Source of the DNA: an uncultured Chloroflexia bacterium
GTDB lineage: Bacteria; Chloroflexota; Anaerolineae; Anaerolineales; UBA4823
DNA: 64,000 bases
Direction: 5' to 3'
Assembly (NCBI GenBank): GCA_963822175.1
Contig: CAWGGJ010000003.1
Span: forward strand, 198,802-262,801
Part shown: positions 37,469 through 47,320 of the stretch, one piece after another
How positions within the stretch are numbered: the stretch's first letter is position 1
Layout of the letters: each line of letters opens with the position of its first letter
The notes under the pieces: generated by a model
The model's input: only the letters and a program-made list of their open reading frames with translations
What the model was told of the DNA's origin: nothing
The model's database searches: none
Position numbers and translations under genes: made by a program

Positions 37469-38053
37469 TTATGGAAATGGGCGTCCGATACTAAGCACCT
37501 GTAGTAGCTCAGGCTCGAGCTCTCGATAGATCTCGTCAGGTTGAACGTCCAGCGCATCCAGGGTCTTACTGAAGAAACTGCGTGCAGTTACTGCGGTGAG
37601 GACATTGAGGATATCTTCATCAGTAAGGCCATGACCACGCAATTCATCCATGTCTTCCTGCTCAACCCTTCCGGGATGATTGATAACTTTTTGGGCGAAG
37701 GCCATTAATGCCACTTCCTCTGCAGAGAGACCCGCATTATGAAAATCTTTGATAATCGCCTGGATTTGCTCCACATTGAAGAAATTTTTACGAAGCAACG
37801 CTCCGTGGGCAAGCATTCAATAGGTGCAGTCTAGTGCCATCGCAGCTGCAAAGGTGATCAGCTCGTAACGGCGAAGCCTCATCTTTGAGCGTACTGCCCC
37901 GATCAGTTTTAGCCAGCCCTGGTATATTTCCGGGTTCAGGCTGAAGGCCTGGGTAAAATTCGCAATATAACCCCTTTTTTCCTGGTCATCCTTGTATTGG
38001 TCCAGGACCAATCCATTTGCTTCATCCAATGAAATTGTTTTGATCAACGCCAT
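37469..38053 (-). CDS. AhpD/carboxymuconolactone-decarboxylase-family protein with in-frame TGA (candidate selenocysteine) at 37817-37819
   Basis: The two track ORFs (37817-38053 and 37469-37816) are contiguous and in the same frame. The junction reads AAAMALDCTY-TGA-MLAHGALLRK. The family motif is C-x-Y-C-x-x-x-H-G, so the TGA sits at the second Cys. Confidence 0.65.
37790..37806 (-). promoter_or_regulatory. Candidate SECIS-like hairpin downstream of the in-frame UGA
   Basis: In the mRNA sense: UGA-AUGCUUGCCC-ACGGAGC-GUU-GCUUCGU. This is a 7-bp stem starting 11 nt after the UGA, with a G-containing apical loop. An alternative longer-range pairing, CCAC/GUGG plus UUGC/GCAA, is also possible. 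Confidence 0.35.
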
Positions 38054-38227
38054 AATCTTTATTCCTCTTTCAATACGTATTTTATCAGCTGATAATGTCT
38101 TTCCACCTAAATTAGACCTTTATTGTATCATTATTACATGAGAATATTCTGAGGATTTTTGCCGATCAGAATTGGTACTACGTAGAAGAAAAATCGCGGT
38201 CTTGTAAAATCAACTCCATTGCCAATG

Positions 38228-38256
38228 AAAAAAAACGCCTGCATATCTGCAGACGT
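38228..38256 (-). terminator. Intrinsic terminator immediately after the tRNA-Ser 3' fragment (probably the original tRNA-Ser terminator)
   Basis: The minus strand reads ACGTCTGCA-GATA-TGCAGGCGT followed by eight T. It starts 5 nt after the CCA end of the fragment at 38261. Confidence 0.6.
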
Positions 38257-38260
38257 TTCC

Positions 38261-38321
38261 TGGCGGAGAGAGAGGGATTTGAACCCTCGTTCCCTTGCGG
38301 GAAACACGCTTTCCAGCCGTG
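38261..38321 (-). repeat. Direct repeat: duplicated 3' half of tRNA-Ser (att-like)
   Basis: 38261-38310 is 50/50 identical to 39326-39375, the 3' 50 nt of tRNA-Ser(GGA). Similarity continues for another ~11 nt with 2 mismatches and is then lost. No 5' acceptor or D arm is present. Confidence 0.85.
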
Positions 38322-38438
38322 GGTTAATGCATTGCTACACGGTGTAGAATTTTTTTTACTCGAAAGTATTTGCCCAAGTTGCCTTTTGGTGAATTATAAA
38401 TATGGAAATTCTCTTTTTTGATTTCCCCCAATCGTTGG

Positions 38439-38954
38439 CTACAATCCACGATCTTTGTTCAACCACTCACGGTTATTCCAACTGACCGGACATCCACCAA
38501 CTCTATTGAAGGAAAGCTCAGGATTATTGGATTGCACAAGGACCATCAAGCGTCGTCCAAAGAGTAGATGATATCGTGCTTGAAAGGCAAGGATGTCTAG
38601 CACTATTTCTGCGTCATTAACTGTCATTGGAACAAATCGATCATATTGATAAAAGACAAGAACACGGCCGCTATTTTCTGGAATCTCAAGATCGTAAAGA
38701 CAATCGCTCAAAGCATCCAAATTTCGTCCAAAATAAGCAGGAAATGCAAGCTGTGTGGAGATAGCATCGTAAAAATCATCATCATTCAGCCAATCTTTGC
38801 AATCTATCGGGTCAATTTGGTAATCATGGTCACGAAGCCAGGATAAGTCATCCTCAAGAATTTCTCTGCGATTATAAAGAGTAATCGGACCATTCTGTAG
38901 CAACCGCCAATCAAGTTCATGCATACGAGCATCGATATATTGAAAGATTGCCAT
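38439..38954 (-). CDS. Barstar-like ribonuclease-inhibitor / immunity protein (orphan)
   Basis: AFPAYFGRNLDALSDCLYDLEIP...VLVFYQYDRF aligns with the barstar core [29 protein letters not shown]. Carries an extra ~60-aa N-terminal segment. Confidence 0.6.
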   Translation of the reverse strand: MAIFQYIDARMHELDWRLLQNGPITLYNRREILEDDLSWLRDHDYQIDPIDCKDWLNDDDFYDAISTQLAFPAYFGRNLDALSDCLYDLEIPENSGRVLVFYQYDRFVPMTVNDAEIVLDILAFQARYHLLFGRRLMVLVQSNNPELSFNRVGGCPVSWNNREWLNKDRGL

Positions 38955-39325
38955 ATATTTCCTCCTGAATCAAGACTATATTAGATAATGAAAAGACAAT
39001 AATCAAGAAATGATTAATTATATAAAGATTAATCGTTAAATACAGGGTGTATTAATAAAATTATATCGTTAAATAAATTTCGATGCTCAGATGTTGAAGA
39101 TTTGCTAGTAATTTCTTTGCTCTTGACGTCTGTATACTTCGAATGTTAAAATAATCTTGCTGATTGTTAAAGAATTACATGACGCACAATTACTCTAAAT
39201 TAGGTCACACGCTCTTTTAAATTTTTATCAAAGGTAATTCCACGGTTACCTTATATGTGTGGGGTGTTTCGGGGTGGGTATAATAGGTATATGAAGAAAG
39301 CCCACTCTGGTGAATGGGCATCTCC

Positions 39326-39415
39326 TGGCGGAGAGAGAGGGATTTGAACCCTCGTTCCCTTGCGGGAAACACGCTCTCCAGGCGTGCGCGCTAGGCCAGA
39401 CTACGCGATCTCTCC
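39326..39415 (-). tRNA. tRNA-Ser (anticodon GGA), type II with a long variable arm
   Basis: Reverse complement: GGAGAGA..GCACGC-CTGGAGA-GCGTG-TTTCCCGCAAGGGAAC-GAGGG-TTCAAAT-CCCTC-TCTCTCC-G-CCA. Length 90 nt. Confidence 0.9.
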
Positions 39416-39525
39416 GAGAAAAAACTACTGCGGTTTACTCCCCACAGCGAAGCGCATTATACCATAAAGGATACTTTGCCCTGCATCCCTGGCAAATATC
39501 GCCTTCATGGTTGATAACATCAAGT

Positions 39526-40401
39526 TCATACCCGCAGCTCATAAATATATATTGACCGATCCCAGCTTCGTTGAAAACCGGCTTTTTCCAAAGCGGAAAG
39601 GACGATGGGCTGGTTGGGTGCCACCCATCCAGCGGATGGATACCCCATCTCACCCATCAGGTTGCGATAATCCATCAGCATCTCCAACAGGTCATCCGTC
39701 GAACATGCCAGCAATTGGATACCCGGCTCCCGTGGTTCGCTCTCCTCATCTTCCCAGATTGACAGGAAACCTGCCCCATCCTTCCACCACCAGGCATGTC
39801 CATCCTTGATCGCCTCCTGGATATGCTTTAGCTGCAGATTGGCATACACCCAACCTAAATTGATCAAGTCATTCGATAATGCGTGTGCGGGGCTTCTGCC
39901 AACAAAATCCAGGGCACGTTCAGCTTCCTGCTGTTCCAGCCTGGTGAACCTCCCCATCGCTTCGATCAAGCAGGGAGCTCGATATGGGATGAATTCTGCT
40001 ACCCGCCTGAAGCCGGATTTTTCACACATATGGTGGATTTTGATGTTATACGACCCGGTCACTAGGCGGATGATCCCACTCCCCATGCAACGCCAGGTCT
40101 CCACCACGTAATCATGGATGTGTGCTGCAATGCCCTTCCCTTGCACATCAGGATGAACACGCAAACCTTCCATGTACCATTCCTGCTGGGAGAATTTGGT
40201 AAGCTTAAATACACCCACCACATGCCCACCTATTTCAGCCACACCCAACAAACCATCCGGGTCCGCCAGCCATTCCTCCCACACGCTGGGGATGTAATCC
40301 CCACCATCCCAGATGTGTGAGCATAGCTCCATCACCTCATCGGTATCTTTTTGCAGGGCTGGTCTGCAGACGGTCACATCCAAATCTAATAAGGGAAGCA
40401 T
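39526..40401 (-). CDS. GNAT-family acetyltransferase with an additional C-terminal domain
   Basis: Motif A: LRVHPDVQGKGIAAHIHDYVVETW. Start set at the internal Met (MLPLLDLDV) to avoid overlapping the upstream gene. Confidence 0.65.
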   Translation of the reverse strand: MLPLLDLDVTVCRPALQKDTDEVMELCSHIWDGGDYIPSVWEEWLADPDGLLGVAEIGGHVVGVFKLTKFSQQEWYMEGLRVHPDVQGKGIAAHIHDYVVETWRCMGSGIIRLVTGSYNIKIHHMCEKSGFRRVAEFIPYRAPCLIEAMGRFTRLEQQEAERALDFVGRSPAHALSNDLINLGWVYANLQLKHIQEAIKDGHAWWWKDGAGFLSIWEDEESEPREPGIQLLACSTDDLLEMLMDYRNLMGEMGYPSAGWVAPNQPIVLSALEKAGFQRSWDRSIYIYELRV

Positions 40402-40417
40402 ATCAACAAATCCATAA

Positions 40418-41743
40418 CTATTCGGGGAACATTTCTGGAAAAGCAACGGGGGCATATTTACTCACCATGTCGCTGGATATTCCGTTTTCGCGACAGATCT
40501 CAGCATAAAGCTCCGCGCTTGGTCGTTTATGCCGTGCCTGTGTCGCAATATCCAGCTCCCACAAGCCAAATCGCTGCGTCCAGCCCCGTTCCCATTCGAA
40601 GTTATCCACCAGCGTCCAATGAAAATAACCTTTTACCGGCCAATTAAAATTTACCGCCCGCCATACCTGGTGAATGTGCTCAACGATATATCGGGGACGA
40701 ACCCGGTCCTCTGAATCATCGAAACCGTTTTCGGTCACGATGATCGGGAGTTTGTACTTTAACCCCCACTTAAGCGCTTCGAACATCCCCAGTGGTTCGT
40801 TAGCTAAAAAACCGGTCGTACTGAGTTCTGCATCTTCTCGAAAAAAACGCCGGCCGAAGAATTCACTCCCTTTTGTCAGGTTAAAACTGACATAATCACG
40901 GGTATAGTAATCGATGCCCAGGAAGTCCTGGGTACCTTTCGCCCCTCGGATCCGTTCGCGTTTGGTAAGGAAATGCACCACTCCATCTGTGGCAACTGAC
41001 GGAAAGATATTATTTGAGCCTGCCTGGATGCGTGCAACGAGGCGATCTAATGGAGACCAGGATTTGGCTGGCACCAGGCTTCGATAATAATGAGCCATCC
41101 CTACCCTGGCTTGGGGTTGGATCTGATGGATCACCTGGTAAGCGGTGGCATGAGCCCGGGCGATATTGACCACCACTTTGAACGCCAGGTTAAAATCCTT
41201 TTTGCCTGGGGGAAAATATCCGAATAAAAAACCGTAGGCAGCATATCCACTCGGCTCATTAAATGTGCACCAAAGGCTGACGTAATCTTTTAAAGCGGTG
41301 ACGACCTTGCGTACATATTTCTCAAACAGACCAGCAGCAGTGTCCTTTTCCCAACCACCCTGATCAACAAACCATTGGGGGTCCGAATAATGATGTAGGG
41401 TGATCAGAGGGGTCATATTTAGCTCCACCAGGCCTCGAACCATCTCAATATATCGGTTTAAGGCATCCTCATCCCACCGATCCGGAGCCGGTTGAATTCT
41501 ACTCCACTCAACGGACATGCGATGGGCGTTCTGATTTCCTTCTGCTGCCCGGTGAAAGTCCTCCCGCCATCGCCCATTCCACCAGTCGCACGCCAGCCCA
41601 GCGCGATCTCCATTGGTGACCCGTCCTGACTGTTGCTCCCAGGCATACCAATTGCTATTTTGATTGTTCCCCTCAACCTGATAGGCTGCGGTTGCTGTCC
41701 CCCATAAAAAACCTCGTGGAAAATGGAATGTTGCCTGTACCAT
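40418..41743 (-). CDS. Glycoside hydrolase family 1 beta-glucosidase
   Basis: FLWGTATAAYQVEG, the acid/base TFNEP and the nucleophile ITENG motifs. Confidence 0.9.
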   Translation of the reverse strand: MVQATFHFPRGFLWGTATAAYQVEGNNQNSNWYAWEQQSGRVTNGDRAGLACDWWNGRWREDFHRAAEGNQNAHRMSVEWSRIQPAPDRWDEDALNRYIEMVRGLVELNMTPLITLHHYSDPQWFVDQGGWEKDTAAGLFEKYVRKVVTALKDYVSLWCTFNEPSGYAAYGFLFGYFPPGKKDFNLAFKVVVNIARAHATAYQVIHQIQPQARVGMAHYYRSLVPAKSWSPLDRLVARIQAGSNNIFPSVATDGVVHFLTKRERIRGAKGTQDFLGIDYYTRDYVSFNLTKGSEFFGRRFFREDAELSTTGFLANEPLGMFEALKWGLKYKLPIIVTENGFDDSEDRVRPRYIVEHIHQVWRAVNFNWPVKGYFHWTLVDNFEWERGWTQRFGLWELDIATQARHKRPSAELYAEICRENGISSDMVSKYAPVAFPEMFPE

Positions 41744-41885
41744 GCATGCTCCTTGTATTTCAGTGCGTCAAGCAGTACTAATTTTAGCTGTTTGCTGGCT
41801 TATTGGCAAAGGGTAATATTCTCCTGTAATTTTATTCATTCTATAATTATGGTATGCTTATCATACAAGCTAAGGAGGTGCCGCT

Positions 41886-43019
41886 ATGTCAGAAGCCTTT
41901 ATCATTTCCGCGGTACGAACCCCTGTTGGTTCAGGTAGACCTACGGGGGCACTCGCGCCATTATCTCCCGTAGATTTGACCGCACTGGTACTTCAGGAAG
42001 CTGTGAAGAGAGCAGGTATCGAACCACGTCAAGTGGAAGATGTGGTTTGGGGCTGCGTTACCCCGATCGGTGACCAGGGTGCCAACCTGGCACGCTTGAG
42101 CGTGCTAAAAGCGGGTTTTCCTATGCATGTTCCTGCTGTCACCCTGAGCAGGATGTGTGGCTCGAGCCAACAGGCGATTCACTTCGCTGCCCAGGCCATC
42201 CTGGCTGGTGATATGGACTTTGTGATCGCTGGTGGCACCGAAATGATGTCTCACCAGCCATTGGGAGCTGATTATCCAAAAGAATGGCCTGAAGGAATCC
42301 CATATAAACTGGTACATCAAGGCATCAGTGCAGAGATGCTGGCTGAAAAATATGGTCTCTCCCGCCAGGAGCTGGATGATTATGCCTACGAATCTCACCT
42401 GCGCGCCATGCATGCGATCCAGAATGGGTATTTCGAAGATCAGATCCTACCCATTCCTTTACCAGATGGAAGGGTCATAACAATTGACGAAGGGGTGCGC
42501 ATGCCCCCCAACCGCGAGAAAATGGCATCGCTCCAACCAGTCTTCAAGCCGGATGGAGTCATCACAGCTGCGAACGCCAGCCAGATCAGTGATGGCTCTG
42601 CTGCGTTGGTCCTCGCGTCTGCCAAAGCAGTTGGTGCTTATAACCTGGCGCCCCTGGCATGTATTACCACCCGATATGTAACGGGTTCCGACCCGGTTCT
42701 GATGCTCGATGGGCCGATTCCTGCCACTCGTCAAGTCTTAAAGCGGGCAGGATTAACCATGGAGCAAATAGATATCATCGAAATAAATGAAGCCTTTGCA
42801 TCCGTCGTACTGGCCTGGGCAAAGGAAATCAATCCCGATATGTCAAAGGTCAATCCGAATGGCGGTGCAATTGCCCTTGGTCACCCATTGGGTGGGACGG
42901 GTGCTATTCTGATGACTAAGCTGGTACACGAATTACACCGTACCAACGGAAGATATGGCTTACAAACCATGTGTATTGGGCATGGTATGGCAACCGCATC
43001 GATCATCGAGCGAATTTAG
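41886..43019 (+). CDS. Acetyl-CoA C-acyltransferase (thiolase)
   Basis: Active-site LSRMCGSSQQA, NEAFA, GGAIALGHPLG, CIGHGMA. AAGGAGG ribosome-binding site upstream. Confidence 0.9.
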   Translation: MSEAFIISAVRTPVGSGRPTGALAPLSPVDLTALVLQEAVKRAGIEPRQVEDVVWGCVTPIGDQGANLARLSVLKAGFPMHVPAVTLSRMCGSSQQAIHFAAQAILAGDMDFVIAGGTEMMSHQPLGADYPKEWPEGIPYKLVHQGISAEMLAEKYGLSRQELDDYAYESHLRAMHAIQNGYFEDQILPIPLPDGRVITIDEGVRMPPNREKMASLQPVFKPDGVITAANASQISDGSAALVLASAKAVGAYNLAPLACITTRYVTGSDPVLMLDGPIPATRQVLKRAGLTMEQIDIIEINEAFASVVLAWAKEINPDMSKVNPNGGAIALGHPLGGTGAILMTKLVHELHRTNGRYGLQTMCIGHGMATASIIERI

Positions 43020-43043
43020 CCGGAGGCAATCATTCCTAAATCC

Positions 43044-43535
43044 ATGCACCACACCATCTTCCTTTCTTTAGGTAGTAATTTGGGAGATCGCCTTGCCAAT
43101 CTCCACAATGCGATTTCTGCTCTGCCGCCAAAAATACGACCTTTGCTTCAATCATCTGTCTATGAAACCAGTCCATGGGGATACTTCAGCCAGCCTGATT
43201 TCTATAATCAGGTGATTAAAGCAAAGACCCATCTCGAACCTTCTGATGTACTGGCATACCTAAAGAGCTTGGAGCGATCCCTGGGCCGAGAGGAGACATT
43301 CCGATATGGTCCCCGTTTGATCGACATTGACTTATTATTCTTCAATTCGTTGACTTTGAGTACACCAGAACTAACCATCCCACATCCACGGATAATTGAG
43401 CGTGCATTTGTGCTCGTTCCGCTGGCTGAAATTGCCCCTGACCTTACCCACCCTGGTATTGGTAAGACGATTCAACAGCTTATTTCTTCCATAGACACCA
43501 GCAGTGTTAATTTAATCCATTCCTCTTTTTCCTGA
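43044..43535 (+). CDS. folK: 6-hydroxymethyl-7,8-dihydropterin pyrophosphokinase
   Basis: IFLSLGSNLGDR, YETSPWGY, QPDFYNQV, GPRLIDIDLL, IPHPRIIERAFVL. Confidence 0.85.
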   Translation: MHHTIFLSLGSNLGDRLANLHNAISALPPKIRPLLQSSVYETSPWGYFSQPDFYNQVIKAKTHLEPSDVLAYLKSLERSLGREETFRYGPRLIDIDLLFFNSLTLSTPELTIPHPRIIERAFVLVPLAEIAPDLTHPGIGKTIQQLISSIDTSSVNLIHSSFS

Positions 43536-43549
43536 CCTGGAGTTGAGAC

Positions 43550-44965
43550 ATGCCTTCCATTATTAAATCCGGCACGATTATCACTGCCTCAGAGATTTAC
43601 AATGCTGATCTATTGATCGTTGGCGAAAAGATAGCCTCAATTGCACAAAATATTGAGTTTGAAGGTGCAGAGATCTTTGATGCCTCGGATAAACTTGTGA
43701 TGCCAGGTGGGGTTGACCCACACACCCACTTCAACCTGCCCATGTTTGGGACCGTATCATCGGATGACCACTACACTGGACACAAAGCAGCCGCCTTCGG
43801 TGGTACGACCACGGTGTTGGATTTCGTACCCATGGAAGAAAAGTCATTACCTGCCTGTATTGATGCATGGCATAAACGCGCTGATCCCATAGCAGCCATT
43901 GACTTCGGCTTTCACATGAATATCACCCACTTCAACCAGCAGGTGGCTGAGGAAATACCCGGGCTGATCCCACTGGGAATCAGCTCCGTGAAGGTATTTA
44001 CTGCGTATAATGACCGTTTACGGTTACAGGATGCTGAGATCTTCCAGGTATTACGGTTGGCAAAAAAACACAATCTACTCACCATGGTACACGCTGAAAA
44101 TGGTGACGTGATCGAAGCCCTCGTCTCTGATGCGCTGGCGAACGGGCACACCACACCCGAATGGCACGCCAAAACCCGGCCTGCGTGGGGTGCCGTGGAA
44201 GCAGTCCTGCGTGCGGCCTCCCTCTCAGCGCAGGCAGAGGCACCCCTATATATCGTCCACATGAATGTGGCTGGAGAAGTCGATCAGCTGCGTTACGCCC
44301 GTGACCATGGGCTTCGGGTGATGGGTGAAACCTGCCCGCAGTACCTGTTCTTTTCTCAAGAAAAACTCTTGCATGAAGATGGGGCAAAATGGGTGTGCTC
44401 ACCGCCATTGAGAACCCCCCAGGATAATTTTCGTTTATGGCAGGGTTTGGCGGATGGCACGATACAAACCATTGGCACAGACCATTGTCCATTCTTTTTT
44501 GATGGAAGTCAGCCAATTATTTATGAAGGGCAACCAGTAGCGATCCCAGGCAAAGAGCTGGGCAAGGATGATTTCACAAAAATACCCAATGGACTTCCTG
44601 GAGTGGCTGATCGTCTTCCAATACTGTGGAGCTATGCGGTTCGGTCAGGGAAATTATCTCCCAACCAGTTTGTCGCCCTCACCAGCACCAATCCAGCAAA
44701 AATCTTTGGTCTGTACCCTCGCAAGGGTACCTTGCTTCCCGGTTCAGATGCAGATATTGTGATCTGGGATCCAGATAAGCATATCAGGTATGGATTGGCC
44801 TCTTCGCATCATCGTACAGATTACAATTTATATGAAAATTGGGAGTTGGTTGGCTTCCCAGAAAAAGTATTCCTGCGCGGATCTTTGATTGTCGATGGGG
44901 ATCAGTGGCTGGGTAAAGCCGGAATGGGTCAATTCTTACCTCGAAACCCCGGATCGATCATCTAA
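43550..44965 (+). CDS. Dihydropyrimidinase / D-hydantoinase (cyclic amidohydrolase)
   Basis: PGGVDPHTH metal motif, the carbamylated-Lys context SSVKVF, VHAENG, TDHCPF. Confidence 0.85.
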   Translation: MPSIIKSGTIITASEIYNADLLIVGEKIASIAQNIEFEGAEIFDASDKLVMPGGVDPHTHFNLPMFGTVSSDDHYTGHKAAAFGGTTTVLDFVPMEEKSLPACIDAWHKRADPIAAIDFGFHMNITHFNQQVAEEIPGLIPLGISSVKVFTAYNDRLRLQDAEIFQVLRLAKKHNLLTMVHAENGDVIEALVSDALANGHTTPEWHAKTRPAWGAVEAVLRAASLSAQAEAPLYIVHMNVAGEVDQLRYARDHGLRVMGETCPQYLFFSQEKLLHEDGAKWVCSPPLRTPQDNFRLWQGLADGTIQTIGTDHCPFFFDGSQPIIYEGQPVAIPGKELGKDDFTKIPNGLPGVADRLPILWSYAVRSGKLSPNQFVALTSTNPAKIFGLYPRKGTLLPGSDADIVIWDPDKHIRYGLASSHHRTDYNLYENWELVGFPEKVFLRGSLIVDGDQWLGKAGMGQFLPRNPGSII

Positions 44966-44983
44966 GCCACTTAGTCAGAATAT

Positions 44984-46714
44984 ATGCTCATACTACTGAC
45001 CATATTTCTCCTCATATTTATTCCATGTGTAATGTTAATCCTATACCTGGCGCGCCCAAAATCAAGTTTTCAAGGATTATTGGCTGTTCTCACGGTACTA
45101 GCAGGATGGATCATGGTATTGCTGGCAAGGTCAAGCATACCCCAGGTCATTACGCTCATCTCCTGGGAGACGATTTATATTTCTTCAGTCTCCCCATCAT
45201 TACTTATCGATGAGGTATCCTGGTATTTTGCCTTGGCAGTCATGTCTCTATCTTTGGCATTAATGATTATGTCCATTGCCCAACTGGGTCAGAGCCATAA
45301 ACCTGATCAGCCCGCATTGACTAAAAATATCGATGTTATTGAGGAAAAGGGACCATTAGAGGAAGAGACCGAATCAAGAAAACCGATGGTTCAGGGAGAA
45401 GTTAGTGTTTCCACGAATTGGCGATCATGGGCAGGAATTTTAATCCTCACCAGCCTGGGGTTGGTAGCAGTAACTGCTGGGAATATGCTTACATTGCTGC
45501 TTGCATGGGCTGCTTTAGATGTAATTGAGCTGGTTATTTTGTTGGGTCAGTACACAGACAGTCACTCACGCGAACGAGTCATCCTCGCGTTTTCTGCGCG
45601 CATGGCTGGTATCGGGATCGTTTTATTGGCAGGTGTTATCACCTGGTCTCAGGGTCTTTCATTGTCTTTTGATATCATTTCGCAATCGACGAGCATTTAT
45701 CTACTTGTGGCAGCTGGCTTGCGATTGGGTGTTTTGCCACTCCACTTACCCTTGATACAAGAAGTTCATCTCAGGCGCGGGTTGGGAACTGCATTACGCC
45801 TAATACCTGCCGCCGCGAGTTTTATTTTATTGGTGCGGGTAGCAAACATCGGCGTCCTCGGATCTGCAACTGGTCTTTTACTAGGCTTAACTGCACTGGC
45901 AGGTTTATCGGCCGCTCGTAACTGGTTAATAGCCAGAGATGAGCTAAACGGCCGACCATTTTGGTTGATAGGCACTGCTTCTCTCGTAGTCGCATCGGCT
46001 ATTCTCAAACTTCCCGAGGCATGCATAGCCTGGAGCATTGCCAGTATACTTTCCGGGGGGCTTGTGTTTTCCATGTCCATCCGCCACAAGAATCTCATTC
46101 CGATTATCTTCCTTGGTTTTCTAAATTTCTCAGCTATTCCATTTACCCCTGCCTGGCTTGGAACGGGTATCTACCAATATTCCGAGCCAATCAGATCGAT
46201 ATTAAGTCCATCTATATTTTTCTTCTTATCATTCTTGTTTTTATTAATTGAGGCAATTTTACTTGCTGGTTTAATCCGTCATTCCATCGGAGGGATTTTA
46301 CCTGCTCTCGAACCCTTCAAAGAGCATATAGAGCGTTGGGTATGGTTTCTGTACCCCTTAGGGCTATTGTTCATCATCGTTACTCATATTTATATTGGTT
46401 TTTGGTTACTGCCTGTCTTGAACGAGATTCCGTTCTCTGGATGGATCATGGGTGTGGTTGCAACAATGATCGCAGTGCTGATTTGGTATCTCTCATGGCG
46501 TTTCCTTCATGCTTTTTCAGGAAGAGATCAATCCATTAAAGCCTCAGCATATAATAAATTAATCTCATTGGATTGGTTGTACCAACTTGTTGGGAGGTTA
46601 TTTCGTTTACTGGCTCGATTTTTTGCCCTCATATCAACGATTTTAGAGGGCGAGGCAGGGATCCTCTGGGCATTGGTATTGTTTGCATTGATCTTTGTTT
46701 TTCTGCAGAGATGA
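44984..46714 (+). CDS. Polytopic membrane protein, distantly NuoL/M/N-MrpA/D-like (degenerate)
   Basis: More than 14 predicted helices. LLIDEVSWYFALAV and NMLTLLLAWAALDVIELVILLG resemble the N-terminal and core segments of antiporter-like subunits. A ~60-aa hydrophilic insert is present. Confidence 0.5.
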   Translation: MLILLTIFLLIFIPCVMLILYLARPKSSFQGLLAVLTVLAGWIMVLLARSSIPQVITLISWETIYISSVSPSLLIDEVSWYFALAVMSLSLALMIMSIAQLGQSHKPDQPALTKNIDVIEEKGPLEEETESRKPMVQGEVSVSTNWRSWAGILILTSLGLVAVTAGNMLTLLLAWAALDVIELVILLGQYTDSHSRERVILAFSARMAGIGIVLLAGVITWSQGLSLSFDIISQSTSIYLLVAAGLRLGVLPLHLPLIQEVHLRRGLGTALRLIPAAASFILLVRVANIGVLGSATGLLLGLTALAGLSAARNWLIARDELNGRPFWLIGTASLVVASAILKLPEACIAWSIASILSGGLVFSMSIRHKNLIPIIFLGFLNFSAIPFTPAWLGTGIYQYSEPIRSILSPSIFFFLSFLFLLIEAILLAGLIRHSIGGILPALEPFKEHIERWVWFLYPLGLLFIIVTHIYIGFWLLPVLNEIPFSGWIMGVVATMIAVLIWYLSWRFLHAFSGRDQSIKASAYNKLISLDWLYQLVGRLFRLLARFFALISTILEGEAGILWALVLFALIFVFLQR

Positions 46715-46723
46715 ATCGGGTTT

Positions 46724-47320
46724 ATGATCACTGATTTTCTTGTGATTGGCGCAGTCGTATTAGTTAGTCTGACATCAATATATATATTGATCAGTCGAGA
46801 TTGGCGCTATTGCATTGCAGCTTTGACCATCCAATATATCGGTGTCTTCCTGTTGGTGGATGCATTTTGGCCAATTGAGCTGGCTGTTGTAAAAATGGTG
46901 ACTGGTTGGATGGTTGCTGCGATCTTGGTAGTTGCGATGGTAAGCATTCCTGACAATTGGTCTGAATTTAGCCGATCTCAAAAATACGGCTCGGTATTCA
47001 GGATTTTAGCTGCTTCGATCTTTATCCTGACAATCACTTCTTTAGTATTAAATTCAAGTAATTGGTTGGCAATGATCAATTTACCCATCAGGTGGGGAAG
47101 CTTCTTTCTGGTCGGGATTGGATTATTACAGCTAAGCCTCACCTCACATCCAATGAGGGTGGTTATTGGTTTGCTCACCGCATTATCAGGTTTTGAAATT
47201 ATCTATGCTGCAGTTGAAACTTCGACACTTGTATCCGGTTTATTGGCTGGGGTAAATATAGGTCTTGCCCTCGTGTGTGCTTATCTGTTAATTGCTCCAT
47301 CCATGGAGGCATATCGGTGA
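46724..47320 (+). CDS. Small polytopic membrane protein (about 6 helices)
   Basis: ORF only. Hydrophobic throughout. Translationally coupled to the next gene (GTGA overlap). Confidence 0.5.
   Translation: MITDFLVIGAVVLVSLTSIYILISRDWRYCIAALTIQYIGVFLLVDAFWPIELAVVKMVTGWMVAAILVVAMVSIPDNWSEFSRSQKYGSVFRILAASIFILTITSLVLNSSNWLAMINLPIRWGSFFLVGIGLLQLSLTSHPMRVVIGLLTALSGFEIIYAAVETSTLVSGLLAGVNIGLALVCAYLLIAPSMEAYR

Noticed and set aside
38281-38292. GAACCCTCGTTC, a perfect GAAC-N4-GTTC match (also at 39346-39357)
   Set aside because: It lies inside the variable-arm / T-arm of tRNA-Ser and its duplicated fragment. The match follows from tRNA structure and is not a LexA site in a promoter.
39310-39555. 81-aa plus-strand ORF
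   Set aside because: It is antisense to the tRNA-Ser(GGA) gene and so is not a credible CDS.
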